Of a DNA stretch of 64,000 bases, positions 13,104 through 24,585 are shown one piece after another. A model generated the notes under the pieces. That model did no database searches. It saw nothing but the letters and a program-made list of their open reading frames with translations, and was not told the origin of the DNA. The position numbers and the translations under genes were made by a program. The stretch's first letter is position 1; each line of letters opens with the position of its first letter. Source of the stretch: Bilabrum cf. latius (Eukaryota); NCBI GenBank assembly GCA_965178125.1, contig OZ237763.1, positions 186,001-250,000 of the forward strand. Direction: 5' to 3'.

Positions 13104-15233
13104 TCACCCAAGGCCCCGCGGTTGACCGAAACCTACACCTGCATGCCCTGCGAGCACGCCAGCTGGCCCACTGCGAGGGATGCCTGCAAATGCCTAGTCG
13201 GCGGAAGGCTGGACCTGCGCGAACATTGACTTGGCTTGCTGGAGCAGCTGGGGCTCCCTACGCTTCAAGTTGCTGTTAAACCTGTTCTTGACAGCGTTGT
13301 CCGTCCTGCCATTCAGCATCGGGTGTCGAGCAATCTCCGCCCACCGATTGCCGTGGACCTGGCGCAGAGCAACGATTGCAGCGTCTTCTTCTGGCGTCCA
13401 TGGCCCGGTCCGAATGTTAGGATCGAGATGATGGTGCCACCGCTCGCGACATTGCTTCGCAGCACGGCCTTTAATCTGAGCCGCGATGTCCCTCCAATTC
13501 CTCGCGCCTCGATCCGCTACCAATCGCCGCAGCAAGGCATCTTCATCAGCAGACCACGAGCCTCGCGCCGAAGCGGCAGCGTGTCCACCTCCTCCCCGTC
13601 GAGATGGTGGTTCATAGTCTCCGTCAGTATCAGGCGAGTCGTGGTCGCGGGACGACTCCTCGTCTAGCCACACAGACGAGCCAGATGCTTGCGAGATGCG
13701 GCGCGAGCGAACGGTAGCAGCCTAGCCTGGCACGCGCCCAGTGCTGCTCAGCTGCAAAGGCGTGCTGCTAGACGCAGAGGCTTTCGAGCTGATGCTAGCA
13801 AGTTGCTTCTGTTGCTCCCTAGCTGCGTAGCCCATTGAGGCCGACTGATGCTGCTGGCTTCCTTGCTGCTGTGCTCTCCCGGACACGATTGGGAAATCAA
13901 GCGGTGTACCAGTCCCTCCGAGTCCTCCAGATTCACCATTGCTATGCAGGGGCATATTTGAGCGGCTTGCAGCTTGAAGTGACTGTCCACCCGGAGCAGA
14001 GGTGCCTCCTAGAAGCCTCGTCCCGAACGCCGACTGGTGGAACCGAGCTTGTGGCAATCCTCCTCCACCGAACCTAAACCCCTGGGAAGTGCCAGGCATT
14101 TGCGCGTATCCTCCAGGGTACCCACTTCCCTGGATCGGCATCTGCCCACCTTGTCCGAATGGTTGTATCCCGCGCCTCGAAAATTCAGCGTATGCCGCAG
14201 AGCCAGCCAAGCTTGGCATGGGCAGCCTCATGCCGCCCCTATGCCCCATCCACGGCATCCCCGGTACTAAGGAGGGACTAGGAAGGCCTGGTACCTATAG
14301 TTGCTGCTGTTGTTGCTTCTGCAGCATGGCTTCTCGCTCTACCATGGCTCGGATCGCTGCTTGGGGGTGCAGCAAGCCGGTGGGGTCCAATCCGAGCGCT
14401 CCACCCAATCCAGGAGCCCTACCCTAGCTCAATCCACCGAAGGTTTGAAAGGAATCACCTTGCATGCTCCTTTCGGTTGAAGCACCTGGTCCCACTGCGC
14501 CAAAACCACCGGATTGTCTGACATCTGTCAGTCGCCAATCAGCCGAAGGGGCGAGTCCACCATTGCTTTCACGGTGAAGCAATAACTCACTCGCTGCACT
14601 TGGACTGACTGAAGCGAGTTGCTGTAGGCCAGATATCTATGTGGAGGCTTGTGCTTCGCTAGAAGTGGAGGCTTGGGCTGCCTGCTCTGACACGCTTCCA
14701 GCAACTTCGGCGGACCCTGCGCTTTCGTTGGAAGACACTGCATCCGCGATGTCCTCGGTAGTATGCGTAGATTCGAGGTGAGACCGACGTTGCTTCGGAT
14801 GTGCGTGAGCCGCTGCAGGTGCATTGCTTGTCTATTGCTTGTCGTTGAGTCGCACCCCCGACGATCCCTGCCTACCCTCATCTAGCTTCCTTCCCGCGCT
14901 ATCCACGCGGGCTCGCTTACGGAATGGCTCGCCACTACCCTTTGTAGATGCATTGTGACCACGCGCACTCGATTGCTCGACAGCGCCACTGCCTGTTGTT
15001 GCAAATCCTCGAAACGATTGACCTTCCTGTTGGGCCGTGTAACCTTCCCGCATCGCACCGTTTCTTTGCACGCTTTGCGATCCATCAGGCTGTTGTGATT
15101 GTTGAATCTTCTTTCTTCTGTATTCGCAAAGTGCATCTTTCAGCACAGCATGAAGCTCGCGTTCGGCTACTCCCCACTCGCGCGCTGAAGCTCCCGTCGC
15201 TGCCTCCACAAGTGCAACGTCTTGACCATTCAT
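13104..15233 (-). CDS. R2R3-type Myb transcription factor with long low-complexity N-terminus (about 709 aa)
   Basis: Two Myb repeats (RGSWSADED...WRDIA...KQCRERWHHHL; GPWTPEED...GNRWAEIA...GRTDNAVKNRFN). One frame runs through TAGs at 14832, 14637, 14424, 14295, 13722 and 13194 to TGA at 13104. The start ATG at 15233 is inferred. Confidence 0.8.
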
Positions 15234-16843
15234 GGTGGAATTCCCCCTTAACACGGATACTGGAAAAGAGAAAGGGCGTATCCCTGCGAACATTAGAGTG
15301 AACAACAATGAGTTCGGTGCCGCGTCGCGATGTTGTCGGCATCGCCGAGCGACGAGGATGAACGAGCGAACCTAGCCCGGGGGCCATGATCATGCAAGCG
15401 AGCAGCGTTCGCTTCCAGGTCGCAACTCCACCGGTCACCCCTCCCGCCAAACATCTTGGAGCTTGATTAATACACGCATGATCGGCTACAGCTGCTCTGA
15501 ACTTCCGGGAGTTCTCCGGAGTATTGACAGTGCAGTCTCGGTCGGCCCTAACTGATCATGCAGAGCCATGCAACCAAGGAATAGTACAACAAGACTGGCA
15601 AGACTTATTGCTACAGCAAAATTTGTCAATCGAGATTGCCGGCACCAACGCGATTAGTGTCGTTTGCTGTCGCCTGCTCCAGACTGCTGCTGAACCAAAA
15701 CAACACCACCGTAGTCTGGTCCACTAGCCCAGAGAGCACGCACGCAAAACTTGTCGTTAGGGTACAATTAATCTCAAAATGGATGTTTTGACTCATGATA
15801 CACCAACACGTAGCTCAGTCTAGCCATTGCGGCGATAGGCGCATGCGGCCCTGACAGAATTAATCCTATCCAACGAAAAACTTGAGGCAGCCAACAATGA
15901 TGGGAAAGCTCTCTCGAAAGATAATTAACGGGTCTTGTATTTCCGCCATGAATACTATGTCGCCGAGGACATTCAAACGAGTTTCGATCGGTCAACATCC
16001 TATCAGAGCAGCAACACGGCGGGCACAACATGCACTATTGAGACACCTGAAGCTGTAGGAACGCTTTGATTTTAGCAACACAGATAAGAACTCGTCACGC
16101 ATAGTGAATTCTCACCGTTGTCTGTACTACTGGTGCTCTCAACCGTGGCTAAACGGTATCGGCTCAGCGATTGGTAGACGGTCAGGCGTATGTGGGGATG
16201 CTTTTAGTAGCACCAGGGTGTTGTTCGCGTCGTTTTAACGGGAAACTGGGAACGTTTCGTTTGTTGGGAATCGATGGGTATGGTGCTGCCAGCCCGGCCG
16301 ACACCTGGCCAACCGCCGCGCAATTCGGTTCCGCACACCAACCTTCAGAACAGTCGTGGCAAGGCGGTCATACAAGTACCCCGTTGTGCAGCACGTTTCA
16401 GGCATGGCTTTGCGGAAATGATTTCGGTTTCGCTGGACAAGTGTGCTGGGCACAACCGCTACAAGCCACGCAAGACTCCGCAGAGGTTTTCTTGCAATCC
16501 GGATGTGACGCTTGAACTGCGACCTTACGGCAACATGACAGAATCACCTGCATGTCGGTTGCGCAGTACGTTACCAGGACATCAACACTGGCACCACATG
16601 GCAGCGCTAAAGCACCGCTGGATAGCCCCGGCGGGTGCCGAGCCGGCATCATTGTCGAGCAGGCTCCCCTGACGAGGGAAACAAGGGCAGGCATTCACTC
16701 GCATCAAGCTGGCCAGACTCAGAGACTGTTCGCTGTTTTCTGATCCCAACCAGCTGCGCTGACTGGAAGCGCCGTGCCATGTAGGAGATGTTACACCGCG
16801 GTTGAGCGCGCGTTATTATGTTGTAATTTGACGAGCGGGCATG

Positions 16844-16891
16844 CCCTTCCGCATCCTGCCCCTTCCGCATCCTGCCCCTTCCGCATCCTGC
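16844..16891. repeat. Tandem repeat, 3 x 16 bp (CCCTTCCGCATCCTGC)
   Basis: Three perfect adjacent copies read directly from the sequence. Confidence 0.9.
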
Positions 16892-17165
16892 CACTAGCAG
16901 CATGTCCGATCGAAACCCGGAAGAACATATCGCCGGCTCCGGCAGGAACGCCGGTCGCACATTGTTTCAGCATCTTGCAAGTATCACGTGCAGCACAAGC
17001 GTGCACTAGTGGGTACCCATGCAACTTCGTATCTGATTATCGGAGCGGCATTGCTGAGTGCGCCTGTAGGCCTGACTGCAGTTCAAGGGGATCGCGGCCA
17101 TTGCGGGCGGTGCTTATCTACTCGACTTTGTCCGGTCGAAGGTACATATTCAGCACAGTATTCAA

Positions 17166-19946
17166 ATGCGACGGGTCGCAATGGTGCGGTCTGTGTTCAG
17201 GGCTTGTGCATCGTCGGCGGGGAGGTTTGCCAGTAGTGCGGCACCTAGCCGAATCTCGCCGTCATCTCTGCTAAATATGAAGCGCAAGGGCTCTAAAATA
17301 GTAACATGCACAGCATATGACTATAGCGGTGGTATTGCATCGGTACTTGGTGGTGTTGATGTAGTTTTGGTTGGTGATTCCTGCGAGCAAGTGGTCCACG
17401 GACGCAAGTCAACTGCAAGCATCACCATGGAGCTCATGCTTGCGCATTGCGCAGCTGTCCGACGAGGAATTTCAAAAGGTGTAAAACTAGTAGAACATAA
17501 TGGAGCGGCGACCAAGCAGCCACTCCTGGTCGTGGACATTCCGCTGCTCGCTTCCACTTCCGACGACGCGGCCTTGGACGCCGCCACGAGGCTCGCAGCA
17601 GCCGGGGCGGGTGCGGTCAAGATAGAAGGGGGGGCCTCCAGGGCCCAAAGAATAGCAAGCATCACCCGCGAGGGCATCTCGGTGATGGGCCATGTCGGTC
17701 TCCTGCCGCAGACCGCCGAGACGTCCTCGGCGGGGGGCTACGGCGTCCGGGGCGCCAGCTCGCGCGCAGCTCTCGGTGTGATGAGTGATGCGGCGGCCGT
17801 ACACGCCGCGGGAGCCTTCGGAATAGTGCTCGAGATGGTCCCCGACGAGGTGGCCGCTGCAGTGTCCTGCACCCTGCCCGTGCCCACCATCGGGATCGGG
17901 GCGGGGCCGGGCACCGACGGTCAGGTCCTCGTCCTGCACGACCTCGCCGGCATGCTGCCGGGCAAGCCCCCGAGCTTCGCGAAATCCTACGGAAGCGCGC
18001 TGCACGAGATGTAGAAGGGGGTTGGGAGGTATGCTGCGGAAGTGCGCGCCGGCGTGTTCCCTGGCCCCGGCTTCGGGAGGCCCCTGCGGCCCAGGGCGAG
18101 GCAGGCAGTGCAGAGAGCCTGGGAGGAGGGGGCAGTGGCGCGGGCCATGGAGGCCGGGCGGCGCATGGGAGCGGCAGCGAGGACAGCTTGGGAGCCGAAC
18201 GATGAGATGAGTGTGGAGGTTGACCTCCCGAGCTTCGACTCTGTGATGGAGCAGCGGTTGCCGGTTACCATCACAGAGGGCGCTGCAGGAGCCGCGGCTT
18301 AGGTGGTGCGGGGGACACAGGAACCTGATGGGGGGCTCGAGGACGGGGGGCAGCCGGACGTTCGTGCGTTTAAGTCGCTGAAGGACGCAGCGGCGGCAGC
18401 CGAGCAGGTGCATCGCATTGCGGTGGTCGGCGCAGGCGCCCTGGGCACCGCCGTGGCCCGTGCCCTGTCGTTGTCTCCAGCAGGGCACGACTCCGTGGTG
18501 CTGGTGGGCAGGGACGGGACGGTGCTGGGTGCAGCTGAGTCGAAATCCACCCGTGGATCCTCAGGCTAGGGCTTGCCAAGTGTTCCTGCTGCAGACCTGG
18601 TCGTGATGTGCACCAAATCGCACGACGCAGGCGCGGCGGGTGCTCGGGCCGCACAGATGGTGAGGCCGGGCGGCGCGATAATGGTGCTTAGCAACGGGAT
18701 AGGAGCGGCAGAATCGGTGGCGCGGGAGGTGCAGGGCACAATGCAGGCCGATGGGGAGGGTGGTGGGAGGGATCCAACGGGGAAAGCAGGAACCGTCGAG
18801 TCAGGTGCGGCTGCAAGGGCAGGGGCAAGTGCTTGGGCAGAGGCAGAGGCAGAGGCAGAAGCAGAGGCAGGGGCAAGGGCAGGGGCAGTGGGCCCAACGG
18901 TGCTGCAGGGCATCGTCACGCTGGGTGCCAAATGGGCGGAACCAGTAGTGGAGGGCGGGGAGAAGGGTGCAGGGCAGTGCCTACAGGGGTCGAGGCGGGT
19001 GGAGGTGACTGCAGGTGGGGGCATCGTGGTGGGCCCGGTTGACGGGCGGCTGGGGAACTGTTTCAGGTAGGGTCAAGAAGGGAGAGAGGTGAAGAACGAG
19101 GGAGAGATGAAGAACGAGGCCCGGGCGTGGAGCAGGCGTGCTTCGGCCGTGTTTGCTGCCGCTGGGCTGGGCGGGTTGGAGGTCACCAAAGGGGATAGGC
19201 CTGGGGGCTGGCTGTCAGACCCCGAGGCGACCGCACGCTCCAGGGTGGTCAAAGTGGCGGTGAATTGCCTCGTGAACGGGCTGGCCTCTTTGCTGCGCCC
19301 GGGTGCCACCAACGGTGACGTGCTGCCTGCGCTCGAGGAGGCCATCAGTTCCCTGTCCGTGGGCGGGGGCCAGGGAACACAGGGGTTGGGGTTGCGAGTG
19401 GGAAAGGATGGTTCCGGGAATGGACAGCCGGTCGATGGGGTACACTGGCATGGGGCGTCGCCCGTGGGGGCCGCAGCGCGCGCAGTGGCCCTTGAGCTGG
19501 GGCGTCTGGTGCTCTGCTTGGAGAGCCGGGGCTGGCACCTGGCAGGGCCCGTGGAATCTGCTGGCAGGGCAGGAGCGGGTAATGCCGTGCTCTCCGGAGG
19601 CCTGTACGGGGGCGGAGGTGATGGAGGCGGGGTGGGTAGCAGCAGTAGGTGCGGTCCCCGGTGGTCTCGTGTCAGCGACCCTCTTGCTGACGAGCGACAG
19701 GCGGTCCGTCTGCTGGAGGCAGCGGCCTCTGTGGCGCGGGGCACCTGCTCCAACGTTTGCTCGCTCGCACAAGACTTGCAGGCTGGCAGGCGCACGGAGG
19801 CAGAGGCGTACCTGGGCTGGGCGTGGGAGCAGTGCCGGCTGGAGGGGATCGAGGCACCGGGCATCGCGACTATTCTGGCGAGGACTCGATCGTTGGATGA
19901 GCACTACGGGGTGGGGGGCGCGGCACAGCACGGTGGGCGCGTCTGA
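17166..19946 (+). CDS. panB-panE: Fused ketopantoate hydroxymethyltransferase (PanB) and ketopantoate reductase (PanE), probable mitochondrial presequence (about 926 aa)
   Basis: PanB motifs: TAYDY, LVGDS, VKIEGG, GHVGLLPQ, TIGIGAG, DGQVLVLHD, and YAAEVRAGVFP after the TAG at 18012. PanE motifs: IAVVGAGALG, CTKSHD, LSNGIG, KVAVNCLVN, SLAQDLQAGRRTE. One frame with TAGs at 18012, 18300, 18567 and 19068; ends at TGA. The start could instead be 17181. Confidence 0.88.
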
Positions 19947-20230
19947 TTAATTGTTGCTGAGCATTAGAGTCGGCTGTGGGCTGCATGAGCTGCTGCATAG
20001 GCCCGCTAGTCTACCAACTCGCTCAGCTTTTGTTGAAATTGATCGCAACAAAGATTATTACGGATTCGGCCACAGTCCTTCGAAATATGGCACTTTGCGA
20101 CACAGTTGGCCTGACCAGTCGTAGTATTTCCGTTAGTTTCATATCTGTAACCATATATTAATAGATAGAAGCCAGGCGCGTTCGCGCACCCCGGATAAAG
20201 GCAGGTTCGAGGCCAGCTAGTTTCGCTGCG

Positions 20231-23200
20231 ATGGATGCGCCATTTGAAGGCGATGGAGTTGGGGCAAGCGAGTCGAAAGTAGCCATGGAGTACGATGGGT
20301 ACGATGGATACGATGGAGAGGGTATGGGGGAGATGGGTGAGGGCGGCGAACAGCTATATGATGATGAGATGCAAGCCGCGGAGTAGGAGGGGGACGCAGC
20401 CGGTAACCATTGGGTCGTGATTCGGGCGTACTTTGAAGAGAGGGGCCTCGTGATGCAGCAATTGGAGTCATTTAATCGTTTTTTGACCTACGGAATCCAG
20501 GAGATCGTGGATGATACTGCACCGATGTCGATTCGGCCTCGTGAGAACTACCTGCCTGGCGCTCGTCCCGTGGACCAGCGCTACGAGATCGGGTTCGGGA
20601 ACGTTATACTTTCGCTTCCCAAGTACGAAGACGAAGTGACCGACCAGTCTCAGAACGTGCATCCGAACGAGGCCCGCCTCCGCAACCTGACGTATGAGAG
20701 CTACGTGCACGTGCAGGTCAAGTGGACCGCCTTCAACAACGCCACTGGGGCCCAGGTGGGCGAGGAGGAGATGAGCGAGGAGCTCTTTGGCAGGGTGCCA
20801 ATCATGGTCAGGAGTAGGAACTGCCACTTGGATGGCCTCAACGACAAGGCCCGCACGCAGCTGGGCGAGTGCAAGTTCGACCAGGGGGGCTACTTCATCA
20901 TCAACGGGAGGGAAAAGGTCATCATCGCGCAGGAGAGACAGGCCTACAACAGGATCTACGCCTTCCACAAGAGAGAACCCTCCAAGATCGAGTGGTCCGT
21001 GGAGGTGAGGTCCATGACGGAGAATGTCAACCGGCCCCTGACGGCCTTCGACCTGCTCATGTACCGCCGGTCCACCAGCAAGCAGGTGCTCGAGGGGCAC
21101 CAGGTCAGGGCGAGGATACCCACCCTGCGGGCCCCCATCCCCGTGGTCATCTTGTTCAGGGCTCTCGGAGTCACCAACAGCGACAAGCGGATCCTGCAGC
21201 ACGTGGTGTACGACTTCAGCGACACGGAGATGCTCGAGAGGTTCAGGCCCTCGCTGGATGAGGCGCGGCCCATCCGGGACACGGACGCCGCAAGGGCCTT
21301 CATCGGGAGCAGGGCGTCGGCTGAGGCGGTTCGGCGGGAGGAGCGGGTCAGGTTTGCGGTGGACTGCCTCCAGAAGAACTTCGTGCCCCACGTCGGGGTG
21401 GACCCAAGCAGCGCGTGCCGCACCCGCAAGGCATTCTACCTCGGGTACATGACGCACAAGCTGCTGCAGTGTTCCCTGGGCCGCAGAGGGGAGGACGACA
21501 GGGACCATTTCGGTAACAAGCGGATGGACATGGCGGGGCCCATGATCGGCGGCCTCTTCAGGCAGCTCTTCTACAACGTGTACAAGGACATGAGGACCTA
21601 CCTGCAGAAGTCCATGGACAGGGGTAGGCAGCTCAACATCCCCCTGAGCATCAAGCACCAGACCATCAGCGGGGGTCTCAAGTACAGCCTGGCCACGGGC
21701 AACTGGGGCGTGCGGGGCGGCACCGTCAGCAAGACGGGCGTCTCCCAGATCCTCGAGAGGCTGACGTACGCGTCCACGCTCAGCCACTTGCGGCGCCTCA
21801 ACACCCCGCTGGGCCGCGAGGGCAAGCAGGCCACGCCCCGCATGCTTCACAACACGCACTGGGGCATGGTGTGCCCCTGCGAGACGCCCGAGGGCAGCAG
21901 CGTGGGCCTTGTCAAGAACCTCTCCCTCATGGCCCACGTGTCGGTGGGCTGCAGCCCCAAGTCGGTGCTGTCTCTGCTGGCCGAGAGCGGCATGCTGCTG
22001 CTGGATGACTGCTCCCCCTCCCACATCTCGTACGCCACCAAGGTCTTCGTCAACGGCAACTGGGTGGGATACATCCCCGAGGACGCCGAGCCCAAGAAGG
22101 TCGCGGAGAGCATCCGGGACCTCAGGCGGCAGCAGGTGCTGGAGCCGGAGGTGAGCGTGTTCAGGGACATCGGGGACCAGGAGCTGCACGTCTTCACCGA
22201 CGCGGGACGCACCTGCCGCCCCTTGTACATCGTCGACCCGCTGGACGAGGACGAGGACGGAGGGCTCGGCGCCGACGGGATGGACGGGATGGTGTACGAC
22301 GACGACGGGAACCTGGTGGCCGGTGCAGGGGGAGGCGCGGGTGGGGAGGGGAAGCGGGGCGAGGAGGAGGAAGGGGTGCGGCGACAGCGCCTTCGCATCA
22401 CGCAGGCGCACGTGAACAAGCTGGTGCAGCTGGAGGGGGTCGCTTCGCAGCTGACGCAGATCGAGGACAGCGCAGACACGCACGAGGAGCTGCAGCGGCT
22501 GGGCATCACGGAGGAAGACATTAGTAGCGCCTCGAGGCGGTTTACGTGGCTGATGAACGAGGCGGTGATCGAGTACATGGACACACTGGAGGAGGAGGGG
22601 GCCATGATCGCCATGTTCCCCTCCGAGCTGGAGGAGGGAAAGACCACCACCTACACGCACTGCGAGATCCACCCGTCCATGATCCTGGGGATCTGCGGGT
22701 CCATCATCCCATTCCCAGACCACAACCAGTCGCCCCGCAACACCTACCAGAGCGCCATGGGCAAGCAGGCCATGGGCCTGTACGCGAGCAACTTTCTGCT
22801 GCGGATGGACACGATGGCCAACTGCCTGTACTACCCGCAGAAGCCTCTGGTGGGCACCAAGGGCATGGAGCCCATGGCGTACAAGCAGCTGCCTGCAGGC
22901 ACCAATGCCATCGTGGGCATCCTGTGCTACACCGGCTACAACCAGGAAGATTCCCTCATGTTCAACCAGTCCTCCGTGGACCGCGGGCTCTTCAGGTCCA
23001 TCTACTACCGGTCCTACACAGCCGCCGAGGAGGAGGTGCCTCTGTCTGCCACCGAGGAGCAGGCCGCCGCGGGCCCCACCCCGAACGAGAAGCCCTGGAA
23101 GCTGATCGAGAAGCCCAGCCGGGGCACGGCCGGGCTCAAGCAGGACAACTATGACGCGCTGGACGAGGACGGGCTCATCGCGCCGGGGGTGGCTGTGTCC

Positions 23201-24385
23201 GGCGGCGACGTCATCATCGGGATGACTCAGACGGTGGCCGACTCGGACCTGCCCGGGTCGCAGGCCCGTGGGATCAACCGCAAGGACGAGAGCGTGATGC
23301 TGCGGCAGACGGAACGGGGCGTGGTGGATCAGGTGCTGCTGACCACGGGCCCTAGCGGGCAGCGCTTCACCAAGGTGCGGATCCGCAAGGTGAGGTACCC
23401 GCAGCTTGGCGACAAGTTCGCCTCGAGGCACGGGCAGAAGGGGACGATGGGCATGCTGTACAGGCAGGAGGACATGCCCTTCACGCGCAACGGCATCACG
23501 CCGGACATCATCATGAACCCACACGCAGTGCCCTCCCGCATGACCATCGGGCACATCGTGGAGTGCCTCATGGGCAAGCTGCTGACCATGCTGGGCTACG
23601 AGGGTGACGCCACGCCCTTCGCCAGCAGCGACCTTTTCTCCGTGGACAAGGTCAGCGACGCGCTGCACGATAGGGGCTTCCAGAGGAACGGCCTGGAGAC
23701 GCTCTACTGCGGGCACACGGGCCGGGCCCTGGAGGTGCCCATCTTCATCGGGCCCACGTACTACCAGCGGCTCAAGCACATGGTCGACGACAAGATCCAC
23801 TCGAGGGCGAGGGGGCCCACGGCCCTGCTCACCAGGCAGCCCCTCGAGGGCAGGTCCAGGGGGGGAGGCCTGCGGTTCGGAGAGATGGAGCGCGACTGTA
23901 TCCTGTCCCACGGGTCTGCCGCCCTGCTGCAGGAGCGCATGTTCATCAACAGCGACGCTTTCAGGGTGCACGTCTGCGAGTCGTGCGGGCTATTCGCGCA
24001 GGCCGACCTCAAGCAGCAGTACTTCGAATGCAAGGCCTGCGGGAGCAACAAGATCGCCCAGATCCGCATCCCGTACGCCTGCAAGCTGCTCTTCTAGGAG
24101 CTCATGGCCATGCAGATCGCAGTCCGGATGTTCACGGACGAGCGCACCAAGGCGGACGAGCCCGCGCCGGTGCCTGGTGCCATCATCGAGAGCGGCGACC
24201 CGCTGGCGGCTGCAGCGGGTGGTGCAGCTGCCGCGGATGCCGGTGGAGAAGTGCCCGCCGGGACACCGCAGCCGGGAGCGGACATTGCCATGGGCTTGGA
24301 GGGTGCCGCCCTCATGGAAGACGGCGATGCCGCGGGCGGAGACTTGGGCCACGAGGACCTGCTGGCCGGCGAGATGGCGACCTGA
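20231..24385 (+). CDS. RPB2: DNA-directed RNA polymerase II second largest subunit
   Basis: Motifs GGYFIING, DDRDHFGNKR, GDKFASRHGQKG, RLKHMVDDKIHSR, GLRFGEMERD, PYACKLLF[TAG]ELMAM. TAGs at 20384 and 24095; TGA at 24383. Start is ATG 20231 or 20285. Confidence 0.97.
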
Positions 24386-24585
24386 ATTGCTTAGAGCAGG
24401 TGAATTCGAACGGTTAGCTTGATGAATTGCCGCCAGACGTTTTCGGGCATCAATCGGATCGTGCTGCAGCTGGGTCCCCCGCTCGTCCTCCTAATATTGC
24501 GCACATGGGGCACAGCAGGCAGCACTCAAATCGTTGAAATAGAACGTTAGAGGTAGAATCACACACAATTTTTACTTTCATCGTT

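Noticed and set aside
16141-16235. Possible tRNA (candidate suppressor tRNA-Gln CUA) from D-loop-like TGGCTAAACGGTA / GCTCAGCGATTGGTAG
   Set aside because: I could not build a cloverleaf with an acceptor stem and T-arm. No tRNA is supported in this window by eye.
16844-16891. Repeat considered as a CRISPR-like array
   Set aside because: Adjacent copies with no spacers, in a eukaryotic context; it is a simple minisatellite.
18811-18890. GCAGAG/GCAGGG hexamer runs, with similar runs at 34050-34090, 37060-37105 and 42360-42400
   Set aside because: These are coding low-complexity dipeptide repeats (AE, AG, AP), not independent elements.
20165-20225. GGTTCGA T-loop-like motif upstream of RPB2
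   Set aside because: No flanking T-stem or acceptor-stem pairing.
20468-23971. 1167-aa antisense ORF over RPB2, and similar long shadow ORFs (58-2499, 27151-29589, 44420-46435, 54085-55563)
   Set aside because: Expected by-product of high-GC3 codon bias on the opposite strand; no recognisable motifs.
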